Assembly (NCBI GenBank): GCA_964270895.1
Contig: OZ185442.1
Origin: Podarcis filfolensis
Taxonomy: Eukaryota
Strand: one strand, 5' to 3'
DNA: 64,000 nt
Positions 24,321 through 36,390 of the stretch are shown piece by piece. The position numbers and the translations under genes were made by a program. How positions within the stretch are numbered: the first letter of the stretch is position 1; the number at the start of each line of letters is the position of its first letter. Under the pieces are notes generated by a model that worked only from the letters and a program-made list of their open reading frames with translations, searched no databases and was not told the origin of the DNA.

Positions 24321-24572
24321 GAAGAAGAGAAGAGTTTGGATTTGATATCTCGCTTTATCACTACCCTAAGGAGTCTCAAAGCGGCTAACATTCTCCTTTC
24401 CCTTCTTCCCCCACAACAAACACTCTGTGAGGTGAGTGGGGCTGAGAGACTTCAAAGAAGTGTGACTAGCCCAAGGTCACCCAGCAGCTGCATGTGGAGG
24501 AGCAGGGGAAGCAAACCCGGTTCACCAGATTATGAGACTACCGCTCTTAACCACTAGACCACACTGGCTCGC
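24321..24572 (-). mobile_element. Squam3 (MIR/Ther1-derived) SINE, near full length
   Basis: Minus strand GAGCCAGTGTGGTCTAGTGGTTAAGAGCGG..CCGGGTTTGCTTCCCC..GGGTGACCTTGGGCTAGTCAC..CCCCACTCACCTCACAG..GCCGCTTTGAGACTCC. Confidence 0.85.
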
Positions 24573-24906
24573 TCCAGGACGACTATGGGTTTCTGCTTCC
24601 TGACTGCTGTACTTCAGACTTTGCTTACTTGGATTGTCCCTGGACTGTGTTTCCTGACCACTGAACTTTGGACTTGACATACTGTGTTCGCCAGCGGCAC
24701 TTGCTGTCAGGTAGGCCGGGGGTACAGTGTAAGAAAAACATTGGGGCCTCATTTGATCAGTAGAATGTCTGGTATCTGGTGGGCGGGGCTTGTGTGTTCT
24801 GCTCTGGAATCAGCCCCACCCCTCAGGGTGTTCTGTTAAGTTTCAGTGAAGAGGGACCAACTGTCTCATCTTGTTTCTTGCCTCAGATTTGCCTCGTGTC
24901 ATTGTA

Positions 24907-25277
24907 CCATATTGGCCCAAATATAAGCTGCACCTGAATATAAGCCACACTTTTAAAATTGCGGGGGGGGGGGATACCCTGATATAAGCCACTCCATTCC
25001 TCGCTGCTCCTGGCTGCATACTGGGGGGGGGGGGCGGGGAGCAGCGCTGCGTTGCGTTGCTGATGGCCTTTCCCCTTCCTTGCTCTTTCTCCCTTCCTGG
25101 CCTTGGGGAAGAGGACAGGGGACTACACGCAGAGCGGTAGCCGCTTTGCCATGCTCCGGGCGCTGTGTGCCCCACGCTCCTGGCTGCATAGCATAAGGTC
25201 GCGGATATAAGCTGCACTTTAACTTCTCATGGTCTGAATTTAGGGGGAAAGTGAGGCTCATACTCAGGCCAATACGG
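24907..25277. mobile_element. Tc1/mariner-type MITE (second family)
   Basis: Left CCATATTGGCCCAAATATAAGC vs reverse complement of right end CCGTATTGGCCTGAGTATGAGC; TA on both sides; internal ATATAAGC(T/C) repeats. Confidence 0.85.
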
Positions 25278-25979
25278 TATTTAGTTTTTCTCATGTTATT
25301 GTGTTAGTTTCCTTTTTCATTGAAGCTTAGCTTACACTTACGTGAGCCACTTATTTTTCTCAAAGAAAAAGAAACTCTGCCAAGGAAAGGTATGGAGTGT
25401 CCTAAACTGCGGGAGTGAGGGGATATTCCCAGTTTGCCAGGAGGTTTCCTGACCACTGGGCTTTGGACTTTGCTCATATGGATTGACCCCAGACCGTGTT
25501 TCCTGACCGCTGAACTTTAGACTTGGCATACTGTATATGCCATCTAGCTGGCTCTTCGTATGTTCTTATATGCATTTCCGGTCGATGTGATGTTGGTTTG
25601 GATGGAGGTGGGGGAGTTGATAGAGGGAAAGATTAAATGGTTGATTTTGTCTGATGCATTAATGTGTGAAATGTACACATCTGTCTGGCATTTTCTGCTG
25701 CAACAAGCAAAATCCCCACTGCCGATCTATACTATCCCTGCTAAAGAGGTCTTTATTGACACTAAGCAAGTGTGACGTGGCATTCCGGATTACCCTTTCC
25801 TTGCAGGAAGAGTCTCCCTTTTCTTGTCGCAGTAGAGAGTGGCCATCCAGTCTCATTTTGGTGACCCTGCTGCTCTGAAGCAAAGTTTTGCCAGCTCCAG
25901 TAAGCAGCCTAAACAGGTTGAGTTTTTGACACTAGCAAGTGGTTGTGGAGGCAGGTAGAGAGAGAGGTGGCCAGACATG

Positions 25980-26280
25980 GACTATGGTAGAACTGTAGAG
26001 TTGGAAGAGACCCCAAGGGTCCTCTGATCTCCTGCCATGCAGGAATTGCAGCTAAGAATCCCTGACCGGTGACCATCCCTCCTCTGCCTAAAAACCTCCT
26101 ATGAAGAAGAGTCCACCACCTTCTGAAAGAGTCCATTGCACTGTTGAGCATCTATTGCCACCAGAAAGTCAGGATCTTGTTTCTTGTTGTTTGAATTCTT
26201 TGGTTTGGGTACTATCATTTGGAGAAGGACAAAACAAGCTTGCTCCATCTTCCATGTGACAGCCCTTTAGATATTTGAAG
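25980..26280 (-). mobile_element. CR1 LINE 3' fragment
   Basis: TAGAACTGTAGAGTTGGAAGAGACCCCAAGGGTC tail; CCACCACCTTC and GCTTGCTCCATCTTCCATGTGACAGCCCTT ORF2 remnants. Confidence 0.75.
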
Positions 26281-26459
26281 TGAGGAGCATCTCAGAGGGG
26301 CTTTGGGGCTGATTAGGTCAGCATCAGGCTATGCAAGTGAGAGATCAGGATTGTATCTGCTCTGGCTTCAGAAACATCTAGACAGGGCCATAGAGGCAAC
26401 TGTAGAGCTCGCTAGAAGCCATACGTAGCACCAGTGTGGCAGTAGGCAATCTAAGGTTG

Positions 26460-26650
26460 AAACAGGGGAAGCTTCCTTATGCTGAGCCATAGCATTGGTC
26501 TTTCTAGCTCAATATTGTCTGACTGACTGGCAGCAGCTCCCCATGATTTTACGTAGGGGTCTATTCCTGTCCTACCTGTAGATTCCAGGGATTGAACCTG
26601 GAATCATCTGCATGCAAAACAAATGCTCTAGCACTGAGCTACTGCCCCCC
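26460..26650 (-). mobile_element. tRNA(Cys-like)-head SINE
   Basis: CAGGGATTGAACCTGG..CTGCATGCAAA..GCTCTAGCACTGAGCTAC (reverse tRNA head); body homologous to 12170 and 58712 copies. Confidence 0.75.
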
Positions 26651-27009
26651 ACTCCCTACTTGGCATGGTACAGGCAGAGATATGTGGCAAAGCTCTCAGG
26701 GATGGATGCCAGCTCTTGAAATCAAAAACTCTGGAACCTTGTTGGGTCATGATGGAAGAGCTTTCTTGTTCAGGAGCAGAGTGGAGAGCAGGTCTGACCT
26801 CGGAGCCCGGTGGTTATTGGTGGGTTTGGGGAGGGGAAGCTGACCATCAAGGAGATTTCATCACTTATAACCCTCTGTGTATGTTCGGACAATATGTGTG
26901 GGCATCCAGAGCACCACCCCAGCCCTAACATCCCCTCCGTGCCTGAACTTCCTGAATTGAACAGGAAGGTCAGAAGGGGGATTATAATAGCATTCTTCTG
27001 GTGAAGCAG

Positions 27010-27150
27010 GGGGTTCTGAAAACAGCCCTTCAGAGATTTGAATATGGTTCTCATATCACCCCGCAGTCTCCTCTTCTCCAGGCTAAACATACTCAACTCT
27101 CTCAACCATTTCTCATAAGGCTTGGCTTCCAGACCTTTGATCAGCTTGGA
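27010..27150 (-). mobile_element. CR1 ORF2 fragment
   Basis: Translates to LIKGLEAKPYEKWLRELSMFSLEKRRLRGDMRTIFKSLKG, the CR1 ORF2 motif. Confidence 0.85.
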
Positions 27151-27281
27151 GGGACATGGAGCTGGGATGGCATTCATCCCACTTCCCATGTGCACATTTA
27201 TGTCCATGCATGTTTTTTTTGAATGCCCCACATATCCACTGAACTACAGCTACCGCTGTTCAGCTTTTTAAAAACTGCTTG

Positions 27282-27284
<3 letters not shown>

Positions 27285-27340
<56 letters not shown>

Positions 27341-27396
27341 TGTGTGTGAAAGGCTTATCCCCTCCCCACTCTTCTGAAACTGATGCCACAGCAACA

Positions 27397-27458
<62 letters not shown>
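27285..27458. repeat. (CT)25-(TG)5 ... (AC)10(AG)22 compound microsatellites
   Basis: Directly visible; the two blocks are reverse complements of each other. Confidence 0.95.
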
Positions 27459-27461
<3 letters not shown>

Positions 27462-28513
27462 GGCAGTCCTTGCTACCTTCCTTCCCTGGTCAGTTTGTAC
27501 TTTTTGATTGCTTGTGGCTGTGAGTTCCGTTCCATGTATAAATCGCATACATTTGCTAAATGGTCACTTATTTTGCATAAAAGAAATTATTTTGCATAAA
27601 GGGAAAGGGCTATATCTTAGAACTCATCTAGATGGAGCAATGGTCTCACCTAGTATAAGACAGATTCCTATGTTCTTATACATTGCTAAGGTTTTCCCCC
27701 TCCTTTTCCTTTTAAAAAAGCATTTGTGTAATTGTAACTCTGCTTCTTCTCCTCATCCATGCATCAATGGATCCCAAACTGTATCTCAAGAGGAAAAAAA
27801 TGAGGGGCACAGTGCTCATGGGAGGGAGCGAGGGAGGGAGAGATGGGGAGAAATGGCACACACTAGAAAGATTTCCCTCCATGGTCATGTCTGCCCATTT
27901 AATCACAGGTTAATTGCCATGAAGCGGGCATCAGGGGGAGAAGCTTCCAGGCCAGTTACATCGTTAGAAGAGGGATAAATAAATAAATAATGCATTGTCT
28001 TCCAAAGCCCGCTGTGTGCAAGTTACACGGTAGCCATAATTACTTTTTTTTGGAGATGCAATTACTGGGCAATGTGGTGGAACATGTAATTTTCAGAGTA
28101 TTGACATAAGCCCTTTCCCAAGAACCCTCTTTATGTCTGGGGAAGGGGTCAGACTCTAACATCTTGCTGAAAAGTGGTCAGAAATCAAGAGCTCCTGCTG
28201 ATTTTAAACAAGTCTGTGTGGATAACCCATCTGAACTTTGTTGTTGTTACACATAAAGGGAAATGACCCATATGTAATGTTCACCAGCAGATGACTCCAT
28301 AATCAGCATATGGAATTCACTGCCACAGGATGGCATGAAGGCACCTACTCTGAGGCCTTCAAAAGTGGATTAAGCCAGAATAGCTTAAAAAACACCCAAT
28401 GCTGTTACCTGCAAGACCTGCAGTACACTTGACAGAGGGGTGTACAGCAGAGTTTTATAACATTATTCAGGATGTGTGGGAAACGGATTTTCTCCTTCTC
28501 TTATACTACTGGA

Positions 28514-28822
28514 ACTCTGGGGTTGCGGTGCTCATCCCACTTTATTGGCCGAAGGAGCCGGCGTACATCTTCCGGGTCATGTGGCCAGCATGACTAAGCC
28601 GCTTCTGGCGAACCAGAGCAGCACACGGAAACGCCGTTTACCTTCCCACCAGAGCGGTACCTATTTATCTACTTGCACTTTGACGTGCTTTCGAGCTGCT
28701 AGGTTGGCAGGAGCAGGGACCGAGCAACGGAAGCTCACCCCGTCGTGGGGATTCGAACCGCCGACCCTCTGATTGGCAAGTCCTAGGCTCTGTGGTTTAA
28801 CCCACAGCGCCACCCGCGTCCC
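28514..28822 (-). mobile_element. Sauria SINE, lacking its 3' tail
   Basis: Minus strand starts GGGACGCGGGTGGCGCTGTGGGTTAAACCAC; ends near CCCCAGAGT without the (ACCTTT)n tail. Confidence 0.92.
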
Positions 28823-28829
28823 TTCCTGG

Positions 28830-28912
28830 TCAGTAGCTTAGATGGCTTTAAAAGAAGGTTAGACAAATTCTAGGAGGATAAGGATATCAACAGCTGTTCA
28901 TCATTATGGCTA
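28830..28912 (+). mobile_element. CR1 ORF2 end fragment
   Basis: GATGGCTTTAAAAGAAGGTTAGACAAATT..GAGGATAAGGATATCAACAGCT is homologous to 23360-23420. Confidence 0.7.
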
Positions 28913-30277
28913 TATATTAGGGGTTTGCAAACTATATGTGCTGTGTTCATATATATTTTGTGTCTTGAAGTAGCCTGATCTGCTTTGGATCTGCTCTGTG
29001 TTGTTCTGATTCATTATTGTGCTCTAAATCTGATCTGCTAAATCTGAAGCCCTTTCTCACCCCCACTGATTCTAATTGGGAATGTAAAAATGTCTATATC
29101 CTTTCCCCCCTTCGCATAAGTGGATAAAATTTGCAGGCGAAGGAGTCCCTCCAGAGTGGTTTAACATGCCCTTGTAACTCTTGTCTAATTATTGTATTTT
29201 CAAATGCATTGTAATAAGCCTCCTCAAGAACTTAATCAGTAGGTGAGGGAATAAACATGCCATGTAAACACATAATAGATATTAGACCTCCTCAAACCTC
29301 ATATATTGAGTCATTCCAAGCAAACTTTATATGGCACAACCTTGGTTGTAGCTGTGACATTTCTGTCCAGAGAAATCTGGAAGAAGAAGCAGGAGAGCCA
29401 TGAGCATAGCAACAGAACTGCCAAGCCAAGGTGAGAATTTTGCAAAGGGGAAAGAGCATCGGCGAGAGCAAGATTTGCTCCAGGGCTCCAGCATTTCAGT
29501 AATGTGACCGATGTTTTTGAATGCGAAGCTGTTGACCCAATCAGGCTTGATGACTCTCAGCCATTCATCTTGTTGACTTGGCAAAGCACTCGCCTGTTCC
29601 AGCAAAGCATGGTGGGGGTAGTGGGGCAGAGGAGGCGATGTATTAAGAGCTGAAATGGTTTCACTGTCAGGAGCTGGAAGGAACACGATGCATGAATCAG
29701 CCCTCTTAGTCCCAGGAAGAAATAAGCAAACAAGCCCAATTAATCCAACATGTTTATACTTCCACAAATGTTTTGTTACTAATAATATTTCGGGAGGACT
29801 CATCCATCTTGCAGATGTCCACGGGCTGCCTAGCATTCATTCCATGAACACTTCAAGCTCAGGAACATGTGATCAGAGTCACATGCCGTGCTTTCTTTTC
29901 AGGGAGTACCTAATAATAATAATAATTTATTATTTATACCCCGCCCATCTGGCTGGGACTGACACCTCTTTTTTGTTGTTGCTAAAATGTGTGGCACTTA
30001 GTGTAACAACTTCCTGGTGAGTACCAACACCTATTTTTATAGAAAAGAAACACTGGTCACATGTAACCTGGGATTATTAGATGCCAAGAGCAGATCAGAC
30101 AAACAATTCTTCACGCTGTGGCTGCAGGCCAAAGCCACCTCTTGTTGAATTTTGGGAGAGAGATCTTGCAGTGTTCTTGTGAATGACTACAGCATTCGCT
30201 GCATTAATTGAATCAATGGCTAAATCCCAGGTGGGAAATGGGCACAGTCTCAGAGCTCTGGCCTCTGATGGGTATAG

Positions 30278-30630
30278 TAAAGGTAAAGGGACCGCTGACC
30301 ATTAGGTCCAGTCGTGGCCGACTCTGGGGTTGCGGCGCTCATCTCGCTTTATTGGCTGAGGGAGCCAGCGTACAGCTTCCGGGTCATGTGGCCAGCATGA
30401 CTAAGCCGCTTCTGGCGAACCAGAGCAGTGCACGGAAACGCCGTTTACCTTCCCGCCGGAGCGGTACCTATTTATCTACTTGCACTTTGACGTGCTTTTG
30501 AACTGCTAGGTTGGCAGGAGCAGGGACCAAGCAATGGGAGCTCACCCTGTCGTGCGGATTCAAACCGCTGACCTTCTGATCGGCAAGTCCTAGGCTCTGT
30601 GGTTTAACCCACAGCGCCACCCGCGTCCCC
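30278..30630 (-). mobile_element. Sauria SINE, full length with 12-bp TSD
   Basis: TGATGGGTATAG at 30266-30277 and 30632-30643; CpG-rich body; (ACCTTT)n tail. Confidence 0.95.
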
Positions 30631-31629
30631 TTGATGGGTATAGGCCCTGGTATAAAGCAGCTTTCTGGATGTCCCTTTGGGGTTCCACGGCTGGAGAAGC
30701 CAGAAAGCTCCTGCTTCAGAGAAACAGCAAAGGAATTTGGAAGTGAAGTAAAGAGAGGTTTCAATAAGACCAGACGAATTGTTAAGCCTTTCAATGTTTT
30801 CACTCCGCCGAACCCCCTCGTAACCCCTTTGGGCCTGCCTGATTGCAAAATGACGTTGAATCTCGGTGGCAATTTCTGAAGGGATGAAAAGTGGGTCAAG
30901 GCAATCTGTGAGAAGATCTCTCCCCCCACAACACACACCATTTTGTGTGTGAGGGGGGAGTGACGACGAGAAACAAGGAAAATCCGAGGACATGATGGAA
31001 TACGAGTGAGATAACAAAGCCGTTTTGCTTGTGTCCTAGAAACAAGGCGCAAAAATGCCAATAAGAAGAAGACTGTAAACAGGAATGAATCACTAACAGT
31101 TGGGAAGTGAGTGACAAATGATGTGATTTTAAGAAATGTGTTCACAAAAGACCTTGTGTGTAAGCAGGCGCTTTTGTAAGATTTTATGGGGGTTTTTTGC
31201 GTGTGCATGAGTAATTCTATACATTTTTAATAACAGACCCTGGAAAGGGAAGTCAATCACAGGGTGCACCTGCTGTTTCCTCTAGCATGATGGTGAATGC
31301 AATGCGCACTTAGCGGCAAACACATCACTTGCAGCCCTGCAGCCCCAAGACACAGCACAAGGGAGCTGTCCGTGGAAGGAGGGAAGGAAGTTTTGGGTCA
31401 GAATTTGTTTAAGCAGGGAGATGCACAAACCCTGTCCCATGATTTTCATTGATTCCACCACCTTCTTGCATGCTTGTATCACATGATCAGGATTACTTAA
31501 TCACAGCCACCAAAGTAGACTGGAGAGTTGCACACAATGGATCTGAATTCCATTTCTGTGTTATTTATCATTGTACGCTGAACTAGATGGACCAATGCAG
31601 TCTGTCTGGGTATAAGGGGTTTTTCTGTG

Positions 31630-31790
31630 TTCTTCCTCTTTGAATCAGCGCTCAGTGAGAGAACATCAGCTCTGCATGCTGAACGTCTCCAGTTCAATCT
31701 CCAGCAGCATTTCCAGGTAGGGCTTGGAAAGAACACTGTTTGAAATTCCTGAGAGTCGGTCAGTGTGGCCAACATTGAGCTAGATGGACT
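31630..31790 (+). mobile_element. tRNA(Cys-like)-head SINE, degraded
   Basis: GCTCAGTGAGAGAACATCAGCTCTGCATGC..GTTCAATC..CCAGGTAGGGCT..GAGCTAGATGGAC. Confidence 0.65.
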
Positions 31791-32150
31791 TGTGGATCCA
31801 GAATTGGCCTCCACAGTCATTTACAGACTCATTGTTAAAACCGTGTTTATGGAAGACAATCTTGCTTGGCTACGAGTGATTGCCAAAGGAGAAGGAGAAA
31901 GAAGAAGAAGAAGAGATGGACCAATTGCCTGACTTGGTATAACTCGGTTTTCTTTTTTCACTGCTTCAGTTGTAATATTCTGAAAATAACTGGCAATTCA
32001 GGACTCTGACACTTACAGCACTGAATTCCCACCATTTTTCCTTTGGAAGGAGAATATATTAGATCATTCACGGGAGCAGCTGATAAATTCTGCAAAACCT
32101 GAATTTTCAGTTGTCATTATACACCATCAATTAAAAGCGCATTTCCTTCC

Positions 32151-32242
32151 CCCCAAAGAATCCTGGGAATTGTAGTCTACACCTCACAGATCTGTAATTC
32201 TTAGCACCCTTAAGAAAACTAAAGTTCCCAGGATTCTTGGGG
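32151..32242. mobile_element. Palindromic MITE core
   Basis: CCCCAAAGAATCCTGGGAATTGTAGT / ACTAAAGTTCCCAGGATTCTTGGGG inverted arms; related to the inside of 20231-20848. Confidence 0.65.
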
Positions 32243-32689
32243 TGGGTGTGTTTTAAATACACACAGCTTACATTTTGTGAGCATGTCATTGTCGATCTCA
32301 TTGCAGACTGCATAGGAGGGACTCCAGCCCCCACTTTCATAATACTGAAATTTGGGGTATGCCAATTATGATCCTGGTGGCTTATTTAGGACAGTCAAAA
32401 TGAAGGTTTGTTTGTTTGTTTTCTGCCCTTCACCCTAAGGTTGCTTACGGCTGCAAAATTAAGTGATACTCTTCACGTTTAGGTGATTTAGAAAAGGATT
32501 GATTCACCAGTAGTTCTTTGCTAGGATAGATAAATGAAAGATCCATGCTCAGAGTTGGCATATAACTGAATTCTAGAAGCTCATTTTCGTGCCCTGTTCC
32601 TGGAAACAGAATGCTGGAGGGCATGGGCAGGATTCTAACGATGGTATGAGGAACGCATATCAAGCTGACCTTAACAGTGACCAACGCCA

Positions 32690-32872
32690 GATCACAGTGG
32701 CAGAGCACCTGCCTTGTACCCAGAAGGCAGGGTTCAGTCTCTGGGTTCAGTCTCTACAGAGGGCTGGGAATGCCTCCTGCCTGAAACACTGGAGGGCTGC
32801 TGCCAGTCAGTGCAGGCAGCACTGCACCAGATGGGCCAATGCTCAGAGTCGGTATAAGGCAGTTTCCTGTGC
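32690..32872 (+). mobile_element. tRNA(Cys-like)-head SINE
   Basis: CAGTGGCAGAGCACCTGCCTTG..CTGCCTGAAACACTGGAG..GCTGCCAGTCAGTG..TCGGTATAAGGCAGTTTCCT. Confidence 0.75.
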
Positions 32873-35800
32873 CCAGGCTCCATTAGGATCAAGAATTCCC
32901 AGCACATTTAATCAGGTGCCATTGCATGTTCATTGCAGGGGGAGAGGCTCTTTTCTTCACTTAGGCTCCCCTGAATCTCCTTAGCAGCTGTGCTAGTGCC
33001 AAGAGCTTTCCCTTTTGAGCTGTGGTCCAGAATCTCCTATCGCCCGCCGTGCCATTTCTGTTCACTATTCCTGATCCAAACATGTTACTTCTGCATTGTC
33101 TGTTTTGTGATGAACAAGGTTTTCTCTTTCTGACACTGGTTATTAGACTTCTATTTATATTTAATTTATTTGATTTGCATGACATAACTGAACAGCGATT
33201 GCAAAAGGGGAGGTGATGTCTGACCTACCTTAGCTGCATAACTTAATCTCACCCTTAGTCTCTCTTGTGCAGTGAGCCGGTGGGGAAAGGAATTATTTTT
33301 AGAAAGGGGAGTGTTCAGGTATGTTTCAGAATGAGCAAACCTTTGTTCTTTCTCATTTTTCTGGTGGTAAGTGGGCGGGTGGGGGCCCAGAACAACTAAC
33401 TTCCTTTTCTAACTTCTAAAATGCTTTATGAAGTAAAACATCCTGCTCCAATCCACCCTAAGCGCTCCAGCAACAGGAAACCATATACATAAGCAGCCTT
33501 CTTTGCACACTGTGAATATGGGTGCAATTGTCTCAGCACCATCACCATCATGACATCCATCCTGGACCTGCTAAAGTGGCTGGCTATGTCTTTTGATGGA
33601 GACCAGCGGGGATGCCTGAATGCTTTATTTTCATTTCAAGTCAGTTTCATATTCGTTTAACAAAATTTCTGTGATGCTTGATTGTAATAAAACCTCTAGG
33701 TGGTTTACAAGAAATATTAAAACTCATCAATAGAAAACAACAAGTAATGAATAGCATTTAAAAGACGATTAAAGTTAACAAGAAAAGATTAAAACACATC
33801 AACGTCTACATGCCTGGATAGGCTTGCCTAAATGAGCAGGTATTGAAAAGTGTATAGCAAAGGAATGAGATGCTTTGTAGGAAGTTCTTCATCAATGAAA
33901 ACAACAACAACAACAATGTCTCTAGAAGGTCTGGTGCCTGGTGGGCCCATTCCTAACCCTGTGACCTGCTCTACGTCTACCTCAGAATGTTGTGGCTCAG
34001 GACAGTGCTGTTAATCCATGCCACCAGAAAGGAGAGCATAACCTCCCCCCCCCCCGACCATCTTTCACTATCCTTAGGCAAATATCCTGACGGTAATCTC
34101 AATTCTCCTGGTCCTTGATCTCAACTGCAGTTCTGTAATTTTCAGTACCATCCTTTCAATTTTTTCTGGTGCTTTAATTCTATCTCTATAGTATTTTCTG
34201 CCATCAAAGCAACATCAGGCACCTTTGAGATGAATTTTTGCAGCCTATCCTATGTGCAATGCAGATGCTCTAACACTGAGCTATGGCCCCTCTCTAAATA
34301 CCAAATATCGCTGAGAAGACAGTCCCTGTCCTCAGACTCACAATCAAAGAGGCATGGCACAAAAAGAAAGGGGAGGAGGAAAAAAAGCAAGAGTAGGCAC
34401 TAATTCTTTTTTAAACAGATCATGTAGTGAGCAGCAGGGAAGTAATTTGGGAGAGGGCGGAAAGTTGGTGGTCTCTCAGCAGAGTGGAAAAAGAGGCCCT
34501 GCAGTATCCATCTAAACATGCAGATAACTGGGTGTTCTGATATTGATAAAAGGGAGCATTTTATTTACATTAGATGATGCCAGCCTGAGGCTGTACAGAT
34601 TTTAATAATTAGACGTTTCAGACACCTGCAGTTTGGACAAGTGTGTGCATGTGTGAGAGAGCATGTTCTGTATTGTAGTACGTTATACAGCAAACCTAAT
34701 TCCAAGGAGTTGTGAGTGGTGGGGGCGAGGGGAGGGGGTGACATTATCCAAGCTAATTTTGCAGCATGTTCAGGTCTGAATTGAATCTCTGTTCCAGCCT
34801 CCCACGTTCCAGCTGGAAGCTTTGAAAGCAGCATAGCAAGGTGGAGTGTAAATGCAACGAGGCCCAGAGACAGAGAGAGGGAGAGAGAGCCAGACAGGAA
34901 ATGTGTGTGCTGAGAAATTGAATTTTTATCTGTTTCTATGTAGATTGCGTTTATTCATGTGCCAGCTATTCATCTCCGCCTGCATCACCTGATTTCTCTT
35001 TACAAAATGACTTTCCTCCCTTGCCCTAATTTTGTTTGTACAGATAGCAGCTGCTTTCTCCCATTTCAGCATTTTAAAAAAGCCACCTTAAATGATGTGC
35101 TATATATCCCTGTTAGAAGTTTTAGCGGCTGCCCGACACACATTAGCTGCTTGCTCCAGCCAGGCTGATTTTCCATCACAAAGAGAGAAATGTTTTTGCT
35201 TGCCCTTGCAGATAAGGGTTCTGTCGCTTTAGCCATTGAAGGCAAACTGGAGGTGGTGACTCCGTCGGGTACATAATAGGAGCCCCAGAGAACGAGAATA
35301 CCTTGGGCATCCTTGCTTCTTTTCCTGCCCTGCCATCAATTATGCCATTAAAGGGCCTGATGGGGCAGCCAGTTGGATTCCACTATGGGCACACCAGAGA
35401 ATCAGAGTGGACAAAAGAGCTGGACCTTCATCCAGCAAAAGTCAGCACCCCAGGCCTGCCATGCAGTTGTCCTGCATTAATGCAAGTACCAACTTACCCA
35501 TCATCCAGTCTTCTGTGGTCACCAATGCTCCTCATCCTGAGATGCCAAGTTCAGGAAAAATCCCAGGAGAGCCAGAATGAAACTGAAGGGGAGATCAGGA
35601 GGCCTCATTACAAGCTGAAATTGGTAATCTCCGAAGGTGGCGAGAGGCTGCTGCCTTTGTGCTGTCAGTTTTGAGGCCCAAGCATCAAAGAAGATGGGCA
35701 CCAGAGGAGGTGGGGGTGAGAAGGAACAGCCAATGTTGCAAGGCCCCCCAAGGCCATGTGTGTGCCTGGCAGAGATGGAGAGTGGGGCTTTGTTGGGGCT

Positions 35801-36224
35801 GTTGCTGTTGCTGCCTGCCTCTCTCCCCTGGTAGCTGCTGGCTCCTTGCAGGCAACCTGTTGTCTCTGAAGTGATCCATGGGGGGAAAGGATGAGCGGAA
35901 GAAGAAGAAAGGGACATAAATGACAGTGGTAATAAAAGATGACAAATGGAGAGAGCGAAGAATCAGAGGGCTCCAGTGGGGTTTGTATTCGCACAGAACT
36001 GCCAGGAGCAGATATGTCATAGTGTGCATGGTGGGGGGGATGCTGAGGTGTGAGAGAGTGAGAGTGAGAGAGCAGGATGTGTGTGTATGGAGAAGGAGAC
36101 CCTTCTCAGTCTCTATCAGTTAAATCTATCAGGCTTTGCCACTTGTTTGAGGGGATCAAGGCAACCTGAGCTTCACCTAGTCAACCATGATCTGGTTGAG
36201 AGCAAAGAGCAAAAGATATTCCAG

Positions 36225-36390
36225 ACACAGAGGAAGCCTGAAATCCTGGGTCTGCCTAGTTCAGTAGTGTCCACACTGACTGGCAGTGGCTCACCAAAAT
36301 TTCAGGCAGGGACATTCTTACCTGGAGATGCCTGGGATTGAACCTAGGACCTTCTCGATGCAAAGCAGATGTGCCACTAAACTACTGCCA
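36225..36390 (-). mobile_element. tRNA(Cys-like)-head SINE
   Basis: ACACTGACTGGCAG..ACCTGGAGATGCCTGGGATTGAACCTAGGACCTTC..ATGCAAAGCAGATG. Confidence 0.72.

Larger units (their letters stand above)
23752..25545 (+). mobile_element. LTR-like remnants (unclassified), interrupted by L2 tail, SINE and MITE
   Basis: Purine-rich block 23752-24130 and two similar ~96-bp segments (24597-24692, 25446-25541); no PBS, PPT or coding region seen. Confidence 0.35.

Noticed and set aside
30468-31208. 246-aa minus-strand ORF (longest non-L1 ORF)
   Set aside because: Its 3' part runs through a TSD-flanked Sauria SINE; no recognisable domain or splice support.
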